Assembly (NCBI GenBank): GCA_002189035.1 | Contig: NEEC01000004.1 | Span: 2,232,001-2,296,000 of the forward strand | Direction: 5' to 3' | Length of the DNA stretch: 64,000 nt | Source of the DNA: Utricularia gibba | Lineage: Eukaryota; Plantae; Magnoliophyta | Part shown: one piece after another, positions 24,121 to 36,966 of the stretch | How the letters are laid out: every line of letters starts with the position of its first letter | How positions within the stretch are numbered: the first letter of the stretch is position 1 | Program-made: the position numbers and the translations under genes | Notes under the pieces: generated by a model | Databases searched by the model: none | Told to the model about the DNA's origin: nothing | What the model saw: only the letters and a program-made list of their open reading frames with translations

Positions 24121-25399
24121 ATGAGTCAATTGTGAGTTACTTGGGTCAACTCATATACCCTTTTCTTTGTTGTTCCCTTTTTTACTTGTTTTTTATTATT
24201 GAATGTTAGGATAACGGCTAATGCTAACTTTATTTTTCTTTTCATTTGTACTTATATAAATTTTAGTTAAGACATCTTTTTCTCAAAATACCTTTCCTTA
24301 GATCTATTCCCTAAAAATTATTTTTTGACATAGGTGTAAACTTTGGAGTTTTTTAGAGTGGTTCAAAAGGTCTCTGATTCAACTGTAAGTTTTGTTAAAT
24401 GTGATATCATTTTATTTATCCATAAGAATTTTCACAAACGATTTAATAAGCGCCTCCTTCATTATTGATGTAGTTGTTTTTTTCTTAATACTTTTCAAAG
24501 ATTTATTCTTCGTTGTTTCCTTAATATTTTCTGCATTATGGTTTCTCTTGGTCATGACATTATTTACTAGTGCTTTTTCAATGAAACTTGTGTCATCATT
24601 TCTTTCATTGGGGCTTTTTTACCAACCCTCTTTTAAACATTGTTACCACCATCGACTTGAGGGGATTTTCTTTTGCATTTGTTTTCTTTTCATTCCCTTC
24701 CATCTAAATTTAAGATTGGGGTACTACCACTTTAGAGTTTCTTGAAAAATTTGATGCCCAATCATTTCTACACTTAGGATTTGAGTCGATTCATCACCCC
24801 TTGATGCGAACAAACATTTTTTGGGAGATTTGGAAAATTAACTCTCACCTTTAAAAAAAATTAGATTGAACTATAATTCTAAATTAAAAAAAGGTATGAA
24901 TATGATATTGATTGCTATGATGCATTTGCTCTAGTTGTTAGTTTCGATACTATAAAACTTTGAACTATTGGGATTATCATAGAAAATTGAGAAATAGATG
25001 AAATGGAGATTAACCTTTTTGAATGAAAATTTGTAAGTGAAAATCTATTATGTATAGATATTAGGTTTTGAAGTATCTAAAAATAAAGTATAAAAATAGC
25101 ACCTTATTTTTCATATAAAAAATTATTACTTACGTTTGATTTTTAAAAACTTAACAAAAATAAAATTACGTTATTTACATTTGTATATGAGCAATGTGTA
25201 ATTCTTATTGCTATGATCTGTATGGATGATATCATAATTAGAAATAGTTATTTGAATAAAATTAATAAGCTCAAAATATTTTTATTGAAGAAATTCAACA
25301 ATATTTAAGGATCATACATCAATTCTTATGAATAAAGATTAAGTAACAGCAAGAAGTAATTTTTTTTATTTCAATCAAAGTTTATTAGACACGTGCTAG

Positions 25400-26600
25400 G
25401 AACACTTGACCTCTTGGAATGTTCTTTAATGAGTATATCTTTTCTCCAAAACTATAACTTAATATGTTGTTGTTTGGAAATATAGTAGATCCAACTCTAT
25501 ATAAATTTACGGTAGGATATCTAATGTTTATTATTAACACTTAACTAGATGTCATGTATCATTAGTTTATTTTTTTAATTTATGCAAGATTTATTGGTGA
25601 AACACTTTTAGTGCACTTTCATTAATTAGATCTATGGTTGATTTATAATCTATATTATATCTAAAATAACGAGATCACGCATGGTTTTGTTGACTTGTAT
25701 TTCCCCAGCACAAATGATTTCCAAAGTACCTCAAGATATTTCATCAAACATGCTTCTATTGGAATATGTTGCAATTCTAAGAAGTAACAAACAATTAATC
25801 TATAAAAGTGGCAAAGTATGTTATTACTTCTTTGGTTAGAAATTAGGGATTAAGGAAGATACTTAATTGATCTTGGGAAAAAGAACAAAGATGCAACCAC
25901 TGCCAACTTAATTTAGTTTATTGAATATTCTTACATAATTAATATCCTAGGTTTATTATTAATATGGAATTGGTTTCATTCCATTTTATGTATTTTTTTA
26001 TTGAAATGATACAATTTTTCTTGATCTAACTTTTTTCTTGGTACACATAACCTGTTTTTCATTGCCGATTCTTCTTCAACAAAAATATTACAAGCTTAAA
26101 GGTTCATCTAATTGTTCCTGTCAACAATCTTGTGCTGAAATATGCCTGAGAAGAAGCAGCAATCTAATTCCTATTGGAATGCAATCTGATTCCTTTGGCC
26201 TTGCACATCATCAGATAATGATATGCTTTTGTAGTTATGTGAGACATGTATTTTATCAGGTAAAATCCAGCAAAGCTGGCAAACCTCTTGAGCGTATGAA
26301 TCAATTATGTAAGAGAAGAATTCACTATGGTTCAGTAATATAAAAATGGAATGTAATAGCAGCGCTCTATTGGTACAATAAGAACACTCATATAGGTAGA
26401 ACCATGCCACCCACTGCTCTCTCGACACCCATCACCAATCAATGATGCTTATAGAACTAAAGCAAAAAAAATTATTCTCTTCAACAGTTATGATAATGTT
26501 GTACATATTCATGATATGCTAATTGATTATAACCACCCTCATTGCAATGATTTCCATCAAGCCCACAGCAATGCTCTCACTATTTCAACCCACTTGTGAT
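25400..26600 (+). mobile_element. Possible DNA-transposon remnant (Ulp1/peptidase C48-like fragment)
   Basis: Coding-like composition; weak resemblance near 26200-26260 to the QQ.D..DCG.YVMR motif; no intact ORF. Confidence 0.25.
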
Positions 26601-26702
26601 TACGTAGCTCTACTTTCAGCTTATCTGCAATAGCTTGCTTTTTTCTTTTCTTACGAGCTTGGTGAACGTTAGAACTTGTTTGTTAAATGTCATGGTCTAG
26701 CA

Positions 26703-27680
26703 CATTCAACTCATCAAAAGAAATTTATAAATCTAGCTATTCTACTATACAAATTATAGGAATTAATGTAGTGTGGTAAACAATAGTCGAATCTACATGA
26801 AATGCCTGCAATTTCCTGAAGTACTTTACATTTATTGAAAACATGAGAGTTTTCTAAGAGTTTAACTCCATGCAAGTAAAACATAAAATAACAACAGTTG
26901 AAATAAACGAGTTGCAAGAGTGAAGAAGCGCATAAAATAACAAGGATACATAGAAAATATAAAGTAAACATGTCTTGGATAAGTTTTACACTAGGGTCTA
27001 ACTCTTGTGTCATTCAAGAAAGCTTATAAGCTTAAACCCAGTTTCAACACGTTTAAAAACAGGGCAAAGGTTCATAGGAACAGTAAATAATATGTTAAAC
27101 TTAAAAGCAAACACGAAGGGCTTAAATAGGAATATGTTCATAAGTTAAGATAAAGTTCACAAGAGGTTTCTTATTCGTAACAAGGATTTAGAAACGTAAC
27201 ATTAAGCATGGAAATACACATAGTAACAATAGCAAATGCAACAACAAGAATGAAAGTAAAGAACATAGAAATAAAATGTCCAGCAGTTTCTCTCGATCGT
27301 AGATTTGCTGAAAATGAAAATTCTGGATGGAAATCTTATGGAGAAATGTAGATTTGAAAGTCGTCGGAGCCGTTCACCGGAGAATCACTGTTCTCCTCAC
27401 TCACCCTCCTCTAATGTTCTCTCGCTTCTCTTTTTTTTTTTCCGCTCAAAGTAAGGATATCTCCATCTTTTTTATGGACTTCTAAAAGAAAAATCTCTAC
27501 TTCAGGTCTTATCTTTTTAGAAAATGGTTGTTTTCGGTGAAAAATACTTTTTACATAGCTTTTTTTATCTCTTTTAATTTGTTAATATAGAAAATGTGTT
27601 GTTACAATACTAGCTCTTACTCTGGTAAAAATTAAACATAGACTAAAGAAAAAATGAGAGTTTTTTGCTCAATTGTTGTC
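26703..27680 (-). repeat. About 1-kb LTR-like dispersed repeat, copy 1
   Basis: Collinear similarity (roughly 70% by eye) with 40275-41248, e.g. AATTAATGTAGTGTG and CTCTTGTGTCATTCAAGA shared; no TSD confirmed. Confidence 0.6.
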
Positions 27681-27821
27681 AATTAAGCCTATTTTATCAT
27701 AATAAATATATTTCAACAAACTAAATACATAAAAAAGATACAATTTAGTACAATATATAATATTTAATTATATTAAACATACCTAAAAAACACATATAAA
27801 AATATAATAAAAATAGTGTTA

Positions 27822-28070
27822 TCAGGGCTCTAGCATATCATTAGGCTCTATGATCAAATTCACATCAATGTTTATCATCTTGTCCAATGTATCACAATTT
27901 GCTACTGCATTGTTTGATGCTTGTTTAGAATAGTCACCAGTATGATTAGCTTCTTTACTATATATATATCTACAACTTATTACTCTAGATATGCTACAAG
28001 AATAAATCATTGATGAATTGCTTCTTCACTTAACATTTTATTCCGTACATTTTTCAATCTGAACAGATAG
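27822..28070 (-). mobile_element. LINE-type RNase H (RVT_3-like) fragment
   Basis: RYIYSKEANHTGDYSKQAS resembles the plant LINE RNase H motif HIYREAN..AD.LA..A. Confidence 0.4.
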
Positions 28071-30926
28071 TGAATTTTTATTTAGATGGCTCAAGAGTAA
28101 AAATGTAATTTATATATGAATTAAGATTATAGGATAGATATCATTTAAATTTTATAATAAGAACAAAATATTTTTAAACTCTCTCTACCGTCGAAAAAAA
28201 AATATTGTTAAAAAATTAATTAGTAGAATTAGATAAAAAAAAAGGAAGGTTATAGTGTTTGGCTAGTTCTCTGAATTTACATGCTTTTAATTTTCCTAAT
28301 GTTTGGATATTATTATTTTCCATTATTTTGGAAATAATTGATACTTACATTTACAATCAATGTTGGGAGTTATTGATCCTTCAACGTCCAACCATATCAT
28401 ATTAGACGTACTTCCATTCACAACAATTTTTCTTGACCGAAATTTGGACTCGCTCAAAATCCACCCACTTGGTCTGATACATGAATAGTTTATATTATAA
28501 CATAGTTGTATACATCGATTGTATTATATTTCTTTGCTTGTTGCCTATTTTTGAGTCGCCCCTTGCATGTTGGCATGTTGACAATGTTGTCGCTCTCGGT
28601 ATTGAAGAATGATTGATGGAGAGAAAACTGGAACGCACGAGGATGCAATGCGGCTGTAAGAAGGCAGGGGATTGAGATTTCCTTGTCACGAGCTGATCTA
28701 GTTTGCACCCATTTAAGGCGAGACCAGGGCAGGCCAGGCCAGGCCAATAGGAATAGGAAGAGGCCATGCCATTAAATCCGGATCGCCCAACACAATAATG
28801 ACTCCCTTCATTTCTCTTCCTCCTTCTCCTCCTCTTCCTTCTCCCTGATTCAGTATCTGATGCAGAAGCAGAAGCAGAAGCAGACGCAGATGCAGATGAT
28901 GCAGAGCCTTCCCCACCCCACCTGTCCTTCTGGATATCTACTACTTGCTTGGGGGAGGGGGACATGCCTTTTTGTTTTGTTTTCATTTGGATTTTTAGTT
29001 ACATCCCAAGGTCAAAGCAGTAGGATCTAAGGGGCGATCGTGACACTACATTTTATCTAGCCTCAGATGGCGACATCTCTCTCCCTCTCTCTCACTCACT
29101 CATACCCCGCTCGCCGCTACTCAGGGAGGCCACCTGGACAGCAGAGCTCCAGCTCCAGCTCCTGCTCCTGCTCCTGCATACTACTACTACGCACGCAGAG
29201 ACGACATCAGGAAGTCAGGGAGGGTCCTCCCTTTCTTTCTTCCTTCCCCTTCATTTCCCTTTTTTTCTTTTGTGTGCAACTTGCAAGAACTGAACTGGGA
29301 AACTTGTCTGGTGAATTTAAGGTCTCTGGTGTGGCCGCAGGCTTTAGGGTATCCTCCCCTACGTACTGTTTATTTTATTATGGGAATTACTGGCTTATAG
29401 TTTCTAAATTTAGTGGCGTGCAAAATCCAACCCGAAATTAAATGCATTATTCAATACAAATAAAGGGACCTGACCCTGAGCCTGAGGGGTTCGTATTATC
29501 GGGATGCGCCAAGATTTGGGGCCAAAAATAATACCGCAAAATGTCAAATAAAGACGCGCACCCAGCATACAACTTACAATTATAGTATTATTGTGTGAAC
29601 CTTAGTCGGTGTCCTGTTTTATGTATTTTTTAAATTGATTCTTTTTAATTTTTGAAAATTCTAATCTTTAGCCATTCAGTATTTAATTTTTATATATTCT
29701 AAAAATATATTTATATTATAATAGTAAACTAAATAATAATTTAATATATTAAACTTTACAATATACATTTTATTTTATTAAATTTTATAATATAATTTAA
29801 TGTTATCTTTATATTCTCAAATTGATTTTATTTACATAATCTGAAAATTGATTCTATTCTAAATTTCTTAAGTGCAACTTCAAATTATAGAACAATACCT
29901 TAATTTACATCCTATTATGAGTAATTCATGCTCGTCTAAATATGGATATTATTAATTTAATTACAGTATTTCCAAATAAAAGTGAAAATAATAAGGTATT
30001 TTGAGCCATTGGCTTCACGACATCAAATAAGGATGAGTTTATGTTTTACTACAAACTCATGCATCATTAAATAAGGAAATGTTCGAGATTTATAACATTC
30101 ATTCTCGGCAAATATAGTAAAATATGATTAAAAATATAATATATAGTCTGAAATGACATAAAATATATTATTATTTATATAGAAAGTGGGGAGCGGAGAT
30201 AGGAATAGGCAGGAGTAGGGCAGTGGGCCGCAGGCATGAGTCAGCAGTCACAAGCGGCAGGGCAGGGCTGGGGCAGGGCAGGGGCAGGGGCAGGGGCAGG
30301 GCAGGTGACGGTGAGTCGCAGTGATGCGCTAGATTCCGTCAAGGATTTTGTGAGCCGGATTTTGTCTTTCTTTTCAAATCCTATTTTTTATTCTTTCTTA
30401 AAATTATTTTAAAAATGAATTATTTAGGGATATTTTTTCGTCTGTTCTACTCCGTGTAATAGCGAAGATTAAATTCATTCAGAATATTCATCCAAAGGGG
30501 TTTGAAGAGGTGGCATGGCATATCCATTGGGCAATTATGAAGTCATTTGTTTAGCATGTGTAAACACAACAAACAGATTAGGATTGTAGCCTCGTTAACA
30601 CAGATTCCCAAGGAAATGCTACCTGTTTCCCAGCAGCATACGTTCCCTTTGCTGAAACTTCTTCCTTTCCACCCTTCTGTTTTCTTTAAAGGGCCCTCTG
30701 TTCATTCCTTGTGTGTCTGAAAGTGAGAGAGAGAGAGAGAGGGGGAAAGAGAGAGAAAACAAGTTCTCTTCATGCTGATGAGTTTGTGAAAACGAAAGCC
30801 CAAGGTCACTCACTGGCTCTGGAACCAGCATTTCAAAGCCATTGCAGTAATTCCCATTTCATTTGGAAGCCAATGATTGCAACTTCTTTTCTTCTTCGTT
30901 GATTTTTTGCTTCCTCTGTGAAAAAG

Positions 30927-33492
30927 ATGCCAATGAACGAAGAAAATGGCTGGCTGGGATTTTCCCTTTACCCCAGCATGAAAATGGAAGCTGCAAATCC
31001 CAATCTTGATGTCCAGTTAACTGAAGCTTCTTCTGCGTCTGCAATGGCGTATCTTTCCTCTTTTAGTAACCCCCAAAACTCTGACTTTTCTTCGTCTTCA
31101 TCACCTCTCTCTATGATGCCTCTCAAATCAGATGGCTCTTTATGCATCCTTGGAGGTATTTTCTCTTTTCCTCAGTCACGTTTTTCATGTACTCTTTCGA
31201 TGTTTCTAAAGTTTCATTATTTTTGTGAAGGAATGGTTCCAAGTTCCCCCAAACTTGAAGATTTCTTGGGAGGTGCCACCATGGCTGCTCATGATGCAAT
31301 GGCTCTGAGTTTAGACAGTGTATTCTACGGGCAAGAAGCGTTTCCAGGGCAACCCCACCTTGTTGGTCGGATTCCTACAATGTCTGTTGATGAAATCCAG
31401 TTTCACAAAACGTGGAGTGATCAACATCAGCATTTCCCTCATCCCATTAGTATTAACAACAACACAATGGTGGTTCAAAATGGAGGTGGTTCAAGGGATA
31501 TACAGCAGTGCTTGAGCTTGTCTATGAGCCCTGGCTCTCAGACAAGCTGTGTTACTGCTTCAAGACAGATCTCACCCACTGAATCCGTACCCAAGAAAAG
31601 AGGCTCTGAGAAGTTAGCCCATAAGCAAACAGTTCATAGAAAATCTATTGATACATTTGGGCAAAGAACCTCTCAGTATAGAGGAGTTACAAGGTCTGAA
31701 GTTTTTAGTAGTTTTCTCTACAAAAGCTTTTGAGTCAGGTATGATTTCGGTTTTCTTTTTTATTTACAGACATAGATGGACTGGAAGGTATGAAGCTCAT
31801 TTGTGGGATAACAGCTGCAAGAAAGAAGGACAAACAAGAAAAGGAAGACAAGGTTAGCAAATACTAAACCTTTATCATATGTGAACACTTTGACTCGTCC
31901 TCTTGTTAAAAAAATGATCTCACTCATCATTTGTGCGTCGTGGCCCGCAATCCCGTTCCCACCATTCATGCGATCTTCAGTTTATCTCGGTGAGTTAAGA
32001 AGTTGTTGTAACAAGCAAACTTTTACTACCACTATTGTTTGAGCTTGGATTATTTACTAACTTGAATCCTCTTTATAGGAGGCTACGATATGGAAGAGAA
32101 GGCAGCTAGAGCTTATGATCTTGCTGCTCTCAAGTATTGGGGTCCTTCAACACACATAAACTTCGCTGTAAGTGTGAAAATGCTGTTCTTTATTCGATTT
32201 TTCACTTTTGATGTGAGATTTCTTGAACTTTTTAATGTTGTTGGCACAGTTGGAAAACTACCATCAAGAACTGGAGGAAATGAAGAACATGAGCAGGCAG
32301 GAATATGTTGCTCATCTGAGAAGGTATCCATCTCAATCTGTTATTGAATCTTGATATGTTTCTGGAAAGTTGATGTCACAAACATGGATTCTCTACTCCT
32401 AATTTACTTCAGGAAAAGCAGTGGATTTTCTAGGGGTGCTTCGATTTACCGAGGCGTGACGAGGTTGCCCCTAACTCTTTTTTTTTTTTTTTTTGGCTAA
32501 TACTCAAAGCAGATGTAAGGAGTTTTGAACTGAGTTTTGTTGTCTGTTTCCAGGCATCATCAGCATGGAAGATGGCAAGCCAGAATCGGCAGGGTGGCCG
32601 GCAACAAGGACCTCTACCTTGGAACCTTCAGTAAGATGAATTACTTCAAAACACATTAGCTTTAAGGGTCATGATTTGTCTGTGACACTCGCAAATTAGT
32701 TTTATTGGATTCTTCGCTCTGATTTCTACTTTGAGGAAAGGTGATGAACACTTTATCCCAACTCCTTTTCAATGCTTTTATAAGGCTGATCCAGCGGCCA
32801 ACTTTGACTGTACGTTGCAATTGGATAGTATTCATCTGGATCAAGCTTTTTTAAAGGCAACAACAATATGAAAAGAAGAATTGGCAGCAAGCTTTTGTTT
32901 CAATAGTTCACTTTGTTGTGATTTTCCTCTTTCAGGTACACAGGAGGAGGCAGCCGAGGCTTATGACATCGCAGCGATCAAATTCCGGGGCATAAATGCT
33001 GTCACGAATTTCGACATCTCACGGTATGATGTCGACAAGATCATGTCCAGCAGCAGTCTTCCCTCTGGAGGGGAGGTGGTCAGAAGGAGCAAAATTGAAA
33101 ATTGCCCTCAGCCCAACTCAGCAACCGACTGGAAAATCGTGCTGTGTGAACAACCAAGGAATGGCATCCTCGAGCCACCACTGATGAGGGGAAGCTATCA
33201 GTATCAGGGGCCCCCTGCATTTGCAGTTGGGCTCCATGATCTCATTGGTGCCTCATCAATGCAAAGAGATGTTCATGGCTGCAATGCTGGTGCTGATGCC
33301 GCTCCTCCTCAGTTCTCAAATCCATCTTCGATAGTTAGTAGCATGAACAGCTCAAGGGAAGCTAGTCCGGATCGATTTGGTGCTCATCACATTCTGAAAA
33401 CTCAAGCAGCAGCAATGGGAAGTAACAGCAGCATGTTACTCAGCTCAAACGCAATTCATTTCCCCTTCTTTGCTGCGTGGAACGACACTTAG
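30927..33492 (+). CDS. ANT: AINTEGUMENTA-like euANT AP2 transcription factor, 543 aa, 9 exons (30927-31155, 31231-31693, 31770-31852, 31981-31989, 32079-32167, 32250-32323, 32413-32463, 32554-32630, 32936-33492)
   Basis: [55 protein letters not shown], two AP2 domains with the VYL micro-exon, C-terminal FFAAWNDT*; exon sum 1632 nt, in frame. Confidence 0.9.
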
Positions 33493-35828
33493 GATCCCAA
33501 TCAAGTCAACTTCTAGGAAACGGGTTCAGGAAAAAAACAGGATTTTGGTCTCTTTTTTCCTATGTCGGACCTGTTTTTTTCTGCAACTCCCAACGTAAAC
33601 AAAAGAAAAGATGTTCCTTTTTTTCTCCTCCCTGAATGTTAGTAGGGTTCATTGTTTCTTCCCGCGGCATCAAAACAGTTCACTACGAAAAAAGAGTGCT
33701 TTATCCATACCAGGAACAATATAAAAGAGATGAAAACTCAGTTGCATAACTGCAACGCAAATCCCAATATGATAGATTCTTCATGTTTCATCATCTTTGG
33801 CTTTGGCTCTCTTTCAAAAAAGGCGGTAGCACCTGCAATGCAATAAAAGCAGTGGAGGAGGCAGGAGGATATTCCGTATTCTGTTCCTTAGACATCCCCA
33901 TGCTTTCAGCGATTACTTGTAATTTTCTCCTATTTTCAGGAGGCGCTCTACCCACCATCCTCGCACGCATGCCAAACCTCGATATGCTATTTTTCAAAAT
34001 ACCATTTGCATTTGGATTCCCTTTCTTTTTTTCTAGTCAAAATCATCCCATTTGACAACATGTATGTCTTTAGGGGCTAGTTTCTTTATTCATTCTCTAT
34101 TTTACGAACTTTACAATACAACATTTTCAACTTTAATCAAAGCTTAAATATCATTACCACTGCTCGTTACATAAACTCCGTTTTGAACACATTTCCTGGG
34201 ATCTACAACCACTGATGAATTGACAGCATAACATTTTGATCCACTTTAGTACTGTTATTTGAATCGAGAGAAAGTTTTTTGCACATTTCTTTTTTGTCAT
34301 GGCTAACACGCTCATGCTACTCGCTTGAGGTGGAGGGTGTTGAAATTGGTATTGAAATTCAGTATCCAATGGATTGGGCGAGTGTACACGTGAAACTCAA
34401 GTATAAAAGAAACGTAAATCATATTAGAAAAGATTAAGTCCAATTAATTACTAATGATTCACAATTTTTATATACTTAATTATTTTATTTTCATTTTCCG
34501 ATGTGGAATTATGTATTCTAATAGAAGCCTGCTGCTTAAAATTTATATCCATTGAAGCTTTAAACTAATGTTTCATTCCTACTTTTCCATATGGTCCAAA
34601 GAGTACATGCAATGACTATTTTCCAACAATGAATTTCTTATTCTGTTGTAAGTTACTTGCGGTAATTTTCTTATGTACATAGTTTGGTTTGGTTTCATCA
34701 TATCCCTTGGTCCTTTTCTATGATGAAGATGGATGAGCATATATACCCGACCCACTTGGAAATTTTATTACAATTGAAATGACGGTTTCCTCAAGGTGTA
34801 GTAGTGATATTACCTCGCCCCGATTTGTTGCATCCGTTTTACATAATCATTACTGTTGAAAGTTGGCTCCTTTTCTTAAGAAAACCTGTCGTTACCCTTC
34901 CCATCAAAACGAAGGTTTTTATTGGGCTGAAGTTGCTACAAGCCATTCTCTTTTAATCCCACCTGTGAATGAAATAGGAACATTTCCTATGTATTTGTTT
35001 TACAGAAATTGATATATCGGGAAATATTTTAATAGGGATAGTAAATGAAAAATTAATATGTTTAAATAAAAAAAGTATTTTAAATATCATATTTGATATG
35101 ATAAGAAAAAAGAAGTATATGAAATGTGTTTTAAAACCTTATTTTTATAAAAATACAATTATATCATTTTAAATAAATCATAACTGAAAATATACATACT
35201 TTTCAAAATAGACTGTTAGATTTACTTGAATAAATTAAGAAGAAATTGCAGGAAGATCATGAGAACAAAATCATCATAATATATTATTAAATAAACATGA
35301 AATTATCTTAAAATATTACTAAAAAACATAAAATTATTTTATACTACCTGAACTATTTAAATCCCATCTATTCTCCCCTGATTTCATTTTCTAAATTCTA
35401 TGCATTTCAAATCTCAATGGCTTTTTAAACAATTCAATATGATTTTCCTAATAATCATATTCCATCACATTCTATCTGACAAATATATCCTGTTCTAAAT
35501 TCAAAATCACTTGTCTACAGAGAAAAATTATTCATTTAACACAGGCATTCCAATTGCTTCATCGTTTCATGTTTTATCACTTCCACCAGTTTGATTAGGG
35601 AGAAGAAAAAGAAACACATAAGGAACATGGATTCATTCAGCCACAAACATTTAAAAAGAAAGGCAGACAGTTCTCCTACAGTTTTAGATAACTGATTCAT
35701 TTATGAACTCTTTTCCCCAAAACACTGATTCATTCCTCCAGATAATGAATTGGAAGCACACCCATCAACCGTTTCTGATATACAAACTACAGGTGTAGAA
35801 GAATAACTTTGTGCCCTCCTGTCTTCGC

Positions 35829-36966
35829 TCACAAGATGCTGCAAAAGCACCCTCCTTTCTTCTGGGGATCGTCCTTGGACTTATCTGATGCAAAACCAAA
35901 GGTTCTCAGGAGTTGGGCTACAGAAAAATGGGGGAGCATCAAGAGGAGACAAGGAAAGTGATCTACCACCATTTCTGTCGGCTATTGGTTGCCGTACCAC
36001 GACATGCATTGTGATGACACCACCAGGAACTTCACTCAAGGGAAGCCGAGATTCGGCCAGTGTTCTGTTGTTCTCAAGTATCCTTCCTGCATTGATCAGC
36101 TTAATATCGTTTACAGATTTTGGCGCATTCTCGATGCCTGCACGAGGATCAATCATCACAGACAGTTAAGATATGAACAACCATTTGGCTAATCAATGCA
36201 GATTACACAGAAACCATCCCAATGGATATTTTACATTGCTCATAATGTTTATCATTCTCACAAAGTTTGAACTTGGACAAGTAGTCACAGGCTTATAAGC
36301 ATATTCAGGAAAAATAAGACCAGACAGAAAGTCCATTCTGAATCAATGATGCTACAGGGAAAACACAAAAGAGATGGCCAGCGCTACAGTAAGGATCCAA
36401 TGGAATAACAGACGAGCTTTTATCATTGCATTGACAAAACGACCAGACAATAGCCAAATCATACCACTAGAATTATGCATAATGTTTTTCTTTTTATCAG
36501 CAGTTATGCATATGTATAGTGAAATTCAAGCACCCTTTTCTTGGAGACAACACAGAACGCAAAAGAAAGTGGTCGTCAGTGACTGGCCCCAGCTCATGCA
36601 GCATGAATAACAAAACAACTAAACAGCAAACAGTACGAACAGGATACATAAGTTCGCAAAGGCAACATTCATCCTGACAAGAGAAAGGAATACATATATA
36701 TATGTACTCGTCAAAACAACGCAAAATGCTGTTACAATGAGATATGCAGTTCAGGATCCTGTGATCCTCTATAAAAGTATGAAACTAACAAAAATAATAA
36801 TCAAATGAAAAGGATGCCACACAAGGATTTCACAACCTTTTGGCCATTGTGCAACGATCTTTTCCTTAAGAGATGTCACCGTTGCAGTAGAATTGTATTT
36901 GCTAGGGCCAATATCACTACCATCAGCAAGCCTAAATTTGAGTTCAATCAATTCATCCGCAGCCAT
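35829..36966 (-). CDS. MUB: Membrane-anchored ubiquitin-fold protein (MUB3/4-like), 118 aa, 3 coding exons (36966-36837, 36137-35967, 35884-35829)
   Basis: MAADELIELKFRLADGSDIGPSKY..AQWPK|GIENAPKSVNDIKLINAGRILENNRTLAESR..MHVVVRQP..|DKSKDDPQKKGGCFCSIL*; CaaX box CSIL. Confidence 0.93.

Noticed and set aside
24392-24745. 117-aa hydrophobic ORF suggesting a membrane protein
   Set aside because: Non-ATG start; T-rich antisense of eroded transposon sequence
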